A stretch of 64,000 bases of DNA from sequence record PP174317.1, one strand, 5' to 3'. The stretch is from Acinetobacter phage vB_AbaSt_W16. The notes under the pieces were generated by a model, which worked only from the letters and a program-made list of their open reading frames with translations, was not told where the DNA came from and made no database searches. Positions 45,830 through 54,382 of the stretch are shown here, one piece after another (the first letter of the stretch is position 1; each line of letters starts with the position of its first letter). The position numbers were made by a program, and so were the translations under genes.

Positions 45830-46354
45830 AAGAAATTCTAGAACATTCACATCCTCATCTGCTTCCGTATCTTTAGGTTTTGCTTTTGCGGATGCTTCGT
45901 ATTGTGTCATTTTATCGTAAATGTCCTGGATAAAATTTTCATCTGCAATAGATGTCATTTCAGGATCACGAGAATCATACACGTTATGGATGAAATAACT
46001 ATATTTTACAGCCGTTTGTTTTCGTTCTTTTTTAATACGTTGAACGAAGGCATTAAAACAAACCATTGTAATATATGCATGTGGATTACTAAAACGATTG
46101 GTATCAAAATTAATTAAGCCTTTAATTGCAGCTTCGATGCCGTCACCAATCATTTCCTCCTTCCACGCAGGAGTATATCCGGAAAACTTAAAATACTTTG
46201 ATAAACCGTGTGAAATTAATAGTATAGCCCGACCAATTTCATCACTCTGTTTTACAACTTCACCAGCTTCTTCGCATTTCGCTTTCCACGTACAAATAGC
46301 TTCATAAAGTTTCTTGTTGTCGACATAATCATTGCGACCTTCTGATTTAGACAT
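45809..46354 (-). CDS. 55: Late-transcription sigma factor gp55
   Basis: NPHAYITMVCFNAFVQRIKKERKQ and KYSYFIHNVYDSRD are near-identical to T4 gp55. Confidence 0.93.
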   Translation of the reverse strand: MSKSEGRNDYVDNKKLYEAICTWKAKCEEAGEVVKQSDEIGRAILLISHGLSKYFKFSGYTPAWKEEMIGDGIEAAIKGLINFDTNRFSNPHAYITMVCFNAFVQRIKKERKQTAVKYSYFIHNVYDSRDPEMTSIADENFIQDIYDKMTQYEASAKAKPKDTEADEDVNVLEFLYGRTDT

Positions 46355-46412
46355 AATATCAATCTCCTTAAAGTATATTATACTTTACATTTCAAATGAA
46401 GCATAAAAATAT

Positions 46413-46775
46413 TTATTGGATATAATCTGTTGCACATAAAATATCTCGTAATTGTCTATACGCTTTAAGATAATCTTCTTGGTCAAGAGGACCCCACGAT
46501 GGATCTCCATCCGGCTTAGATGATACTCTCATACTTTCAATATCGATTATATTATTACAAATATCAATGCTAGCTTGAAAAATACATTCACCAGACGGGG
46601 CATGTAACCATAAACAACGATTTCCAGGTTTACCAACTAAAGTAACTGAACCCAATTTGTATTGTTCAGTTACTGTTTTCTTAAAAATCCAAAACCCTTT
46701 TGTGGTCAAACGAGTACCGTATAGACCATATGAGCCATTTGGCTTGTGTGACAATTTATCTGTATAAACTTTCAT
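46413..46775 (-). CDS. Hypothetical protein (120 aa)
   Basis: GGAGAA RBS before MKVYTDK. Confidence 0.5.
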   Translation of the reverse strand: MKVYTDKLSHKPNGSYGLYGTRLTTKGFWIFKKTVTEQYKLGSVTLVGKPGNRCLWLHAPSGECIFQASIDICNNIIDIESMRVSSKPDGDPSWGPLDQEDYLKAYRQLRDILCATDYIQ

Positions 46776-46832
46776 ATCATTCTCCGCATATAATTTCTTA
46801 TTATACCACGAATAAATTTTATGCAAATAAAA

Positions 46833-46855
46833 AGGGCCATATGGCCCTTTAATAA
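46833..46855. terminator. Hairpin GGGCCAT-atg-GCCC
   Basis: aaaaaGGGCCatatGGCCCttta. Confidence 0.5.
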
Positions 46856-47112
46856 TCAATTAAATCTTTAAATTCAGAAAATGTCACATAATTATTATCA
46901 ATAAAAATATATGGCAATTTTAATATTCCAACTTCTATACGTTGTTTTAATTCATGAAGAATATCATCGTCTTTAGCGGGAACTCCATCTTTCATTACAA
47001 TAATTCTATTAAACTTATATTTGTGACCAGCTTCTTCGCACATCTTTTTAACTTGTTCACATCCTGCACATCTATAATTCGGTTCATCAATTCCATATAT
47101 TTCAATTTTCAT
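46849..47112 (-). CDS. Glutaredoxin/thioredoxin-like protein (CxxC)
   Basis: CAGCEQ active-site motif; 87 aa. Confidence 0.7.
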   Translation of the reverse strand: MKIEIYGIDEPNYRCAGCEQVKKMCEEAGHKYKFNRIIVMKDGVPAKDDDILHELKQRIEVGILKLPYIFIDNNYVTFSEFKDLIDY

Positions 47113-47594
47113 TTAACTGTACCTTTAAGATAATTACGTAATGCCTTTTTATATAATGAACATAATTGGGCCTTTGTTGCTTTAGCTGGAATAACCGCAT
47201 TAATTGATTCAAGTTCAGCAATCATTTCCGGCTTATTCAAATACTTAAATGCTTTAGCTTTATCATTAACATATACCGGATGTATATTGGCATTTGATAA
47301 ATCTCTAAATTGATACGATATCCAATTTGTCACCCAGGTATTTAAATCTGCACCTTTAGCTACTAAACCACTTGAATTAAACTTGTGCAATAATTGACCA
47401 TCTAATCCATTACATAAACAGCACAGCAAGCCACGTACTTTACCTGCATTTGGCCCTTCCAGTGAGTGATCATGATCTAAATGATTAGATGTGACATCAG
47501 GATTTAGTTCATTACCACAAATGCAGCAAATACCATTTTGTTCTTTATATAAACGATGTTTCTCTTCAATAAACTTTTTACCCACTAACAACAT
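47109..47594 (-). CDS. 49: Endonuclease VII (gp49), Holliday-junction resolvase
   Basis: CCICGNELNPDV..NHLDHDH...GKVRGLLCCLCN matches the T4 endo VII zinc/His-Me core. Confidence 0.93.
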   Translation of the reverse strand: MLLVGKKFIEEKHRLYKEQNGICCICGNELNPDVTSNHLDHDHSLEGPNAGKVRGLLCCLCNGLDGQLLHKFNSSGLVAKGADLNTWVTNWISYQFRDLSNANIHPVYVNDKAKAFKYLNKPEMIAELESINAVIPAKATKAQLCSLYKKALRNYLKGTVK

Positions 47595-47634
47595 ACAAAA
47601 ATACCCATATCAACTGATATGGGTATTTATTAAT

Positions 47635-47907
47635 TTATTGCTGCGGGATTATACGATATGAATCATCGGCATCTAATAGACACCAATAATCTTTTAACGC
47701 ATCTACTGTTGAAATATCAATAACTTCACCAGTTTCAGTATTTTCTAATTTATCAATACCCCATATATCATCAATTAAAATCGCAATACTTTTAATTGTG
47801 TAAGGTACACCAGGTTTTAATTCAGGAAAATATTGTGAAATTAAAACATTGTGTTCAAAATACTGTTTATTAATGAGAACTATATCACCAATTTTAGGTT
47901 TTGCCAT
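47635..47907 (-). CDS. Hypothetical protein (90 aa)
   Basis: ORF. Confidence 0.5.
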   Translation of the reverse strand: MAKPKIGDIVLINKQYFEHNVLISQYFPELKPGVPYTIKSIAILIDDIWGIDKLENTETGEVIDISTVDALKDYWCLLDADDSYRIIPQQ

Positions 47908-47910
47908 TTA

Positions 47911-48225
47911 TTACTCCTTACGAATAATGAAATTTTCCGGCGTATGTTCAGTAAAGAAGGCCCAGAAATCAGGATCATCTGCTTCAATGCGGATAACCTC
48001 ACCACTTTCAACATGTTTAATTGCAGTGCAACCTAGTGTTTCATCAAGCAGTTCAGTGTGTTCATCTTCAGCTAAACAGTCGCGAATATCTACAACTTCA
48101 AAAAGACCTAAACCAATAATAGGATTTTCTTTTTGAAGTCGACGAATTTCAGATAACCCCAATTCAGTGAATACAAAACGAGTGCCGATTTCGAATTTTA
48201 CATTGTTTAAGTATGAAGTAGTCAT
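47911..48225 (-). CDS. Hypothetical protein (104 aa)
   Basis: ORF. Confidence 0.5.
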   Translation of the reverse strand: MTTSYLNNVKFEIGTRFVFTELGLSEIRRLQKENPIIGLGLFEVVDIRDCLAEDEHTELLDETLGCTAIKHVESGEVIRIEADDPDFWAFFTEHTPENFIIRKE

Positions 48226-48258
48226 GTCATGATCCTAATTTATTCAATTAATTTAAAA

Positions 48259-48537
48259 TTACTTACGAGCAATATGAGCACGAAGTTCATTGAATCCGCC
48301 GATATGTTCACCATCGACAAATACAACAGGAAGACTTAATCCAGCTGGACTAGTACGACCTAATTTTGCTAACATACCATGAAATTGTGCATTAAAAACT
48401 GGACCATGTTCATTTACTGAATCTGCAATTGAAATAAATTCAAATTCTTTTTTCTTTGCTGTGCAAAGACGCTTAGCGCTGTCGCAATTAATACACTTTT
48501 GAATTTCAGGTAGATACCCATAAATTTGATACATCAT
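48259..48537 (-). CDS. nrdC: Thioredoxin/glutaredoxin NrdC
   Basis: YGY...CINCDSAKRL...FEFI...GGF.EL matches T4 NrdC. Confidence 0.85.
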   Translation of the reverse strand: MMYQIYGYLPEIQKCINCDSAKRLCTAKKKEFEFISIADSVNEHGPVFNAQFHGMLAKLGRTSPAGLSLPVVFVDGEHIGGFNELRAHIARK

Positions 48538-48597
48538 TATGTTCCATTGTTAAGTTGATGTAAACTATATTATCATAATTTACATCAAAGCAAATAA

Positions 48598-49758
48598 TTA
48601 TTTACTATTAGGACGTCGTAAAATAGACAAAGCTGATTCAAGTGCTTGAATATCACCCAAAAGAAGTGTTGCCCTTGAATTTGCTTCTTTTGCTTTTTCC
48701 ACATAGTCTTTATGCGATCGCATTAAAGAATCATGTTTTGATTTCATATCTTTAATACGTTCTTCAAGTTGGTCATCCAACGACTTGAGCAAGTCAAGAG
48801 GTGATCGAGCCTCAATTGTACTAGTGGCGATACGACCGGCACTAGGCTGTACTAATGGTTGAACAATATTTGGACTAATTCTATCGTATGGATTTTTAAA
48901 AATATCGATACCTGTACCTAATGGTGGAATAGTTACATTTGATACAATCATATCATTTACCTTGGATGACGATTTAAAAATAACATCTAAATAATTTTCG
49001 CCAACTGCCGTTGCAGATAAATTTGGGCACATATTTAAGAATGTTAACCAACGGCGTTGATATTCTGTTGATCGATGTTGTACAGTACGATAATCATGTG
49101 ATCGAAATGCAGAACGATTTGAATCACATGAATAAACAAAACGCAATCTTACACCGCTAAGTTGTTTTTCAATATAAATTTTCATATCATATGATGCACG
49201 AATACATCGACCCGACGAACTTTTTGAAATATAATGTGCGCCTTCTACATCACGAGAATTTGCTCGAGACCAACGTGCTTCCATTGGTACAAGTCGCGGC
49301 ATATTTTCTAAGAACAAATCATTTAAAACATCAGCTGGATTTGTATCATTAGACCACCAATGTGTATGAGCTAAACCATTTAAAATAATAGATTTTTGCT
49401 TAGCTAAAGGTGTAACATTTTTAGCAAATGCATTTAAACGAGCACGTACTACTTTATCTGCGAACCATCGAGAACGAATAATACGCTTGGCAATAACATT
49501 AACATTGTTTAAGTGAATATCGCGTTCTAAATTAATAACACTTCTAATAAGACGTTCAATTTCTGGAGCAATCGGTGCAGAAGGCTCACCAAATCGAGTT
49601 ATGGCATTAGTCAAATATACAATGTACTGGCTTTTAACAGTATGTGATAACGGAGTATAACTTTTTGCATCTCGTTTGATAGGTCCATTTAATTGAGTGA
49701 TAACATCTTTAATAATAGTTGTAAGTTTGTTCTCAAGCTCTTTACGTATGTGTAGCAT
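48598..49758 (-). CDS. Hypothetical Arg-rich protein (386 aa) with a C-terminal coiled-coil
   Basis: Unusually Arg/Ser-rich for this phage; preceded by the GC-rich structured leader. Confidence 0.6.
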   Translation of the reverse strand: MLHIRKELENKLTTIIKDVITQLNGPIKRDAKSYTPLSHTVKSQYIVYLTNAITRFGEPSAPIAPEIERLIRSVINLERDIHLNNVNVIAKRIIRSRWFADKVVRARLNAFAKNVTPLAKQKSIILNGLAHTHWWSNDTNPADVLNDLFLENMPRLVPMEARWSRANSRDVEGAHYISKSSSGRCIRASYDMKIYIEKQLSGVRLRFVYSCDSNRSAFRSHDYRTVQHRSTEYQRRWLTFLNMCPNLSATAVGENYLDVIFKSSSKVNDMIVSNVTIPPLGTGIDIFKNPYDRISPNIVQPLVQPSAGRIATSTIEARSPLDLLKSLDDQLEERIKDMKSKHDSLMRSHKDYVEKAKEANSRATLLLGDIQALESALSILRRPNSK

Positions 49759-49783
49759 TTTTAAATCCTCAAAACAATTATTT

Positions 49784-49875
49784 CCGTCCTACGGACGAGG
49801 GGCGAAGCCCCTATATCTATCCCGGCCTAAAGAGACAAACCAATGGGCCAACCTTCGGTTTTATTATACACACTT
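49784..49875 (-). promoter_or_regulatory. GC-rich structured element, copy B: extended -10 promoter plus hairpin-bearing 5' leader of gene 48598-49758
   Basis: Minus strand reads aaaaagtgTGtATAATaaaaccgaagg...GGGGCttcGCCCC tCGTCCgtaGGACGg...gaggatttaaaaATG. Shares the 5' aaaaagtgtgt box and the CGTCC-gta-GGACG hairpin with copy A at 6996-7125. Confidence 0.4.
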
Positions 49876-49920
49876 TTTAATGGAAAGCGAGTTAATATCA
49901 ACTTTCCATTAACTGTTTGT

Positions 49921-50634
49921 TTATTTTTCAGTCAAATCTATAAGAATTGACGCGCCGGCATCTAATGCAACATCAATATTAGCAAAACGTGTATCATGCC
50001 ATTCATTTTTTGCAGAATTCCATACTAATAAAATATTTTTAATACGACATTGACGATATTGATAAACTGTACGTTGATGCCATGACCCTCTGGTTGGCCA
50101 CTGCAACACATATTCAACTTTATTATGATTGTCTTTAAATTTTTGCCAATCCCAATATTCTGGTTTTTTGAATAAAACAGTTTTAGATGATTTTGGTCGA
50201 CTTTCAATTGATATAATTGTATGAATACCGAATTCACCGTATGGCACATTATCTGCAATACATTCATAAATCGTATCACGAATTTCTTCTAAGATATCGT
50301 CACCGTATTCTTCATACGCTTCATCACTTTCAAGATCGATGCCATATAAAGCCAAAACCGTCCAACGTACTGTTTTATATGCTTCATCGCGATCATCATA
50401 TTCATCACGACCCCAATTGTGTAATGTATCTACTTTAGGCATTTGCAATGCAACAATAAGAGCGGCCATAAATTCTTCAAAAGTTTTATCTACAACTCCT
50501 GGTACATTAGCAAAAGAATATTCGCTGGCTTTGATAAAAACTTCAGTATCTCCAGGAGTATAATCAATAGTTGTATTGATATAATCCGCGTCGTTTGTAT
50601 CGCCTGTGATTAGATATTCATGTGTATGTTTCAT
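49921..50634 (-). CDS. Hypothetical acidic protein (237 aa)
   Basis: Shares a W.D..FA.IDVAL.A motif with 51425-52306. Confidence 0.55.
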   Translation of the reverse strand: MKHTHEYLITGDTNDADYINTTIDYTPGDTEVFIKASEYSFANVPGVVDKTFEEFMAALIVALQMPKVDTLHNWGRDEYDDRDEAYKTVRWTVLALYGIDLESDEAYEEYGDDILEEIRDTIYECIADNVPYGEFGIHTIISIESRPKSSKTVLFKKPEYWDWQKFKDNHNKVEYVLQWPTRGSWHQRTVYQYRQCRIKNILLVWNSAKNEWHDTRFANIDVALDAGASILIDLTEK

Positions 50635-50921
50635 TTGTAAAAGTCCTGTGCTAATGATAAAATTGCTTTTCGCATACGACGATTTTTCTTAATCATCTTT
50701 TTATGCCATTTCATATAACGCTTGTGTAATGCAAGTAAAGGTTCTGCATCTTCAGGTGCATCAAAAACCTGGAGTATAGTATGCTTCATATATCGTCTTG
50801 GCACTTTAGATGAAGTTTCTACCATCACCATTGCACCTTCATCCGCAATAACTTTAAATGTATGATCGATAATAACTTCAGTGTCATATTTGACAATTAT
50901 ATATTTGCCAACTAAGCTCAT
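50631..50921 (-). CDS. Hypothetical protein (96 aa)
   Basis: ORF. Confidence 0.5.
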   Translation of the reverse strand: MSLVGKYIIVKYDTEVIIDHTFKVIADEGAMVMVETSSKVPRRYMKHTILQVFDAPEDAEPLLALHKRYMKWHKKMIKKNRRMRKAILSLAQDFYK

Positions 50922-51424
50922 TTTGGATCAACTCCATAAAATTTATTACAAAACTCCATTAAATTATCACGAGATTCAAAGGCCTCATCTGTAATAGAAT
51001 CTAACATTTTACTACGAGCTTCTGGGTCCATAGTGCGTAATGGTGATAACAATTCAGACAGTTTGCGAGCTGAACGTCGAGCAATTTGTTGCTTTGCTTC
51101 ATGTTCATACCATTTTTTGATTTCATCTATTTCTGCTTCTTCAACAATAAAATCTGGTACCATTAACCCTACACTCATATGCGAGTCTTGTGTATAACGA
51201 GTTTCTCCTTTCTTTTTATAGCCAAATACGTAACGATATTTGCCATCAAGAATACTAATTGATGCATAATCATCCATTTGGCCATCTAATTTATATCGAA
51301 GTTGAAGATCATTTATGCGACCAAAGGTAAATTCTTTGAATACATCAGTTAAGAATGTTGTACGCTTCTTTAAAAAATTAATGTGTTCTTGAAACTGCTT
51401 GGCAGAATATTGTTGACGACTCAT
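50918..51424 (-). CDS. Hypothetical protein (168 aa)
   Basis: ORF. Confidence 0.55.
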   Translation of the reverse strand: MSRQQYSAKQFQEHINFLKKRTTFLTDVFKEFTFGRINDLQLRYKLDGQMDDYASISILDGKYRYVFGYKKKGETRYTQDSHMSVGLMVPDFIVEEAEIDEIKKWYEHEAKQQIARRSARKLSELLSPLRTMDPEARSKMLDSITDEAFESRDNLMEFCNKFYGVDPK

Positions 51425-52306
51425 TTAAATTTCCTCATACTCAATTAGAGTTTTACCATTAAATTTGCTACGATGTTCCTTGTACTTGTAGCCCACATAT
51501 TTTGCAGCATCTTTACGACTATACAAAATATTATCAATAACTACATAATCATCAAGATTGCCGAATGTGCCGAAGCCTTCTGAAGGAATCCAGTTCTCCA
51601 TCGCTTCAAGGTAATTATTTGCACACGTACGGAAAGTATTACACTTTCTATACTTGACGTTGTTTCGTATTTTACGGCAAATCTTACTAATATGTACACC
51701 GCCTTTTGAATGTTTTCTAATCAAACGAACAACATTATTTTTCGCACGACGGTACCCTTCCCAATTGCAATGACGATGAATAGGATCATACCAAGCTGCA
51801 GCCAATGCAACATCAATATGTGCAAACTCTGGGTCGAACCAACGGTAAACCGTATTACTCTGACTAAGAGTCTTAAGCTTATGATATGAAACATGTTTTG
51901 TATCAATCCAAAGCTCAATACCTGTTTCAGGGTCTAAATCGTCTTCAGGATCATAATCATAATTATAGTCAAAATAGTTCATCATATCGGATGAACATGC
52001 ATCAAATGCAGTATCATCCCAAGATGTTCCAAATGGTGCGTAATCAATAGACCATTTATACTTAACAGCTTCATACGTAAAGTGTGAACCACAACGACTA
52101 ACTTCAGCAATCATAGAACGAGTTAAATTGAGGCTATTCTCTTCTGCGAAATACATAATTTCATCAAAATCAAGAGGATGCATCGCTTTTTCACATTTTG
52201 CATTTAGTGTTTTACACAGAGCAATAGCTTCACTTGCTTCGGGTAAAATACAAACAATATTTTTGTGATGCTCGTAATCCTTTAAAAACACAACAAAATG
52301 ATTCAT
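51425..52306 (-). CDS. Hypothetical protein (293 aa), Cys/His-rich basic C-terminus
   Basis: FAHIDVALAAAWYDPIHRHCNWEGYRR...CRKIRNNVKYRKCNTFRTC. Confidence 0.55.
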   Translation of the reverse strand: MNHFVVFLKDYEHHKNIVCILPEASEAIALCKTLNAKCEKAMHPLDFDEIMYFAEENSLNLTRSMIAEVSRCGSHFTYEAVKYKWSIDYAPFGTSWDDTAFDACSSDMMNYFDYNYDYDPEDDLDPETGIELWIDTKHVSYHKLKTLSQSNTVYRWFDPEFAHIDVALAAAWYDPIHRHCNWEGYRRAKNNVVRLIRKHSKGGVHISKICRKIRNNVKYRKCNTFRTCANNYLEAMENWIPSEGFGTFGNLDDYVVIDNILYSRKDAAKYVGYKYKEHRSKFNGKTLIEYEEI

Positions 52307-52322
52307 TTAACTCTCCAATAGT

Positions 52323-52628
52323 TTAAGTAGAAGATTGTCTTTCTTTATAATATGATGATACAACATTTGGATTAATCTTGCCTTGTGTCAATTTCATCAC
52401 ATAATGAATAAAAAACTTCTCGTCCATTTCCATAATGTCAATTTTATTTTCTGTAAAATATTCATCCAAATGTGGTTTACTAAATGTAAAGTAATCATAT
52501 GTTAATGCATTTTGACGAACATATTCCATTGCATTTGGGCGATGTTTATTTTCAGTGTATACTTTAGCGCTAATCATTCCCCAAGCATACATTTCTTCAA
52601 AGTTTTTAGGTTCAGTGCGTAATGACAT
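52323..52628 (-). CDS. Hypothetical protein (101 aa)
   Basis: ORF. Confidence 0.5.
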   Translation of the reverse strand: MSLRTEPKNFEEMYAWGMISAKVYTENKHRPNAMEYVRQNALTYDYFTFSKPHLDEYFTENKIDIMEMDEKFFIHYVMKLTQGKINPNVVSSYYKERQSST

Positions 52629-52869
52629 TTTGAATAGCCTCGATAATTTTTGGATAATTTGAACGAATATTAACTTTTAAACCCTTTGAGGTAATTTCAA
52701 TTTTAATTCTACAAATCGATTCATAACCTCGTACGAATTCTGTACACATATAATTTTGTGTATAATGAATTTCTACATCATTTGGATACCCAAATTCTGC
52801 CAAAATTGCATTTGTTACTGCTTCTTTAATAGCATATTCGTACGCCAGTACTCGATTTATTAAACTCAT
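52612..52869 (-). CDS. Hypothetical protein (85 aa)
   Basis: ORF. Confidence 0.5.
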   Translation of the reverse strand: MSLINRVLAYEYAIKEAVTNAILAEFGYPNDVEIHYTQNYMCTEFVRGYESICRIKIEITSKGLKVNIRSNYPKIIEAIQNVITH

Positions 52870-52925
52870 ATTGATTTCCTCATTTGGAATTTCATGAAAT
52901 TATATCATGAAATTCCAATAATGTG

Positions 52926-53978
52926 TTAACGTAATTGTGTTACTTCTGCAATTTCTTTCCAATTATGTTCATCAGTTTTAACAAAACTTGCAAGATATAA
53001 TGCTGTACGTAAACTAACATTACGTAAGCGAGAAATATTGGATTTCATCCACTCTAAAATTTCTAAAGTTTCAGATTCAAGTAATCCTGCTTTAAACATC
53101 ATATCAGTATTTAAAATTACGTCTTCAACACGGACCATAATTTCTTCGTTTGTATGAACACCTAAATCAAGATAAACTGAACGTGAAATAAGAGCATCTA
53201 AATGTGGAGCCAACTTGCTTCCACGAGACAATTCACGATCAAAATCAACATTTGAAATAAACACAATTGTACCTTCAAATTCAAATTCAAGTGGAATTCC
53301 TTCATCTTTAAGGTAAGATGAAGCAGTAGACCAACATACTTTACGAGTTTCAGAAGTATCCAACGCTGCTTTAAGAAGATTTAAAGCGTCTTCTGAAGAA
53401 AATACATCAACATCATCAAGAACTAATACAGAATTTGAAGAAGCGCATTCAAATAACTTGCAATATAACCCAATTGGAGACATTTTACCATTTAAAATAG
53501 TATATTCAATTTCACCCGCATCATCAGCAGCTTGTAAATCACGATTTAATGTAAATGTTTTACCAATTCCAGGCGCACCAGAAATAATCAATGAGCGAAT
53601 TGATTTATTAATAATGCCTTTAGTCATCATATCCATAACTGAAAAACGCTTATTAATACGAGCACGCATTTCTTCAGCAGTTTCTGATGGTGCAACAGGA
53701 GTAGGTGCTGCAACTGCTTTGAAAGTATTTGTCATACGAGCAACAGGTTCAGCATTAACTGCTTGATAAATTTTGTTAAACTGAATTTGTTCGCTTAATT
53801 CAAAATTACCTAAATCAACCCAAACACCTTGCACTTTACCATCGATTTCAACAAAAAACTTAACATCGCCTTTTGCGTAATGTGGTTTTGTTTCAGGATA
53901 CCAATTATTAACAACTTCATACGTGCCTGAAACATATTTGCCACGTAAGATGCCGTTTGTAATAGTAACTGTTGCCAT
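52926..53978 (-). CDS. AAA+ ATPase (350 aa)
   Basis: Walker A ISGAPGIGKTF, Walker B VLVLDDVD, sensor-1-like FISNVDFD; about 120-aa N-terminal beta-rich domain. Confidence 0.7.
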   Translation of the reverse strand: MATVTITNGILRGKYVSGTYEVVNNWYPETKPHYAKGDVKFFVEIDGKVQGVWVDLGNFELSEQIQFNKIYQAVNAEPVARMTNTFKAVAAPTPVAPSETAEEMRARINKRFSVMDMMTKGIINKSIRSLIISGAPGIGKTFTLNRDLQAADDAGEIEYTILNGKMSPIGLYCKLFECASSNSVLVLDDVDVFSSEDALNLLKAALDTSETRKVCWSTASSYLKDEGIPLEFEFEGTIVFISNVDFDRELSRGSKLAPHLDALISRSVYLDLGVHTNEEIMVRVEDVILNTDMMFKAGLLESETLEILEWMKSNISRLRNVSLRTALYLASFVKTDEHNWKEIAEVTQLR

Positions 53979-54026
53979 GATAATTTACTCAGTGTTTGTT
54001 CATTTGATGTAGTTATTATACAGAAA

Positions 54027-54052
54027 AGCCCAGGCAATGTAAACTGCCTGGG
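54027..54052. terminator. Hairpin CCCAGGCA-atgtaaact-GCCTGGG
   Basis: Loop of the ATGTAAA type. Confidence 0.55.
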
Positions 54053-54088
54053 CGATAAAAAGTTAAATATTTACGTATATTTTTACCA

Positions 54089-54382
54089 TTACATTGTCCC
54101 TAATCCAACAATAATTAATAATGCAGCAACTAAACCTAACCAATTTATCATTGAACTTAATTTAGTAATTGCAGTGTATTTTGGTGGTGCATAATTTGGA
54201 TATGTACGTGGCAATTGAAAATATAAATCTGTTTTCAATCGAGTACAAGGGGCTTCGCCCTGGTGTTTACCCAAATCAATCCAAAGTGTTTGAACCGATC
54301 CATTATAACGAATCGATTTGATTTTACCGAATCGACATTTGCGCCATACAAATACAGTTTGATTTTCTTTAAATTTACTCAT
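54089..54382 (-). CDS. Hypothetical protein (97 aa) with a C-terminal TM anchor
   Basis: Ends NWLGLVAALLIIVGLGTM; coupled (ATGA) to the upstream NTase gene. Confidence 0.5.
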   Translation of the reverse strand: MSKFKENQTVFVWRKCRFGKIKSIRYNGSVQTLWIDLGKHQGEAPCTRLKTDLYFQLPRTYPNYAPPKYTAITKLSSMINWLGLVAALLIIVGLGTM

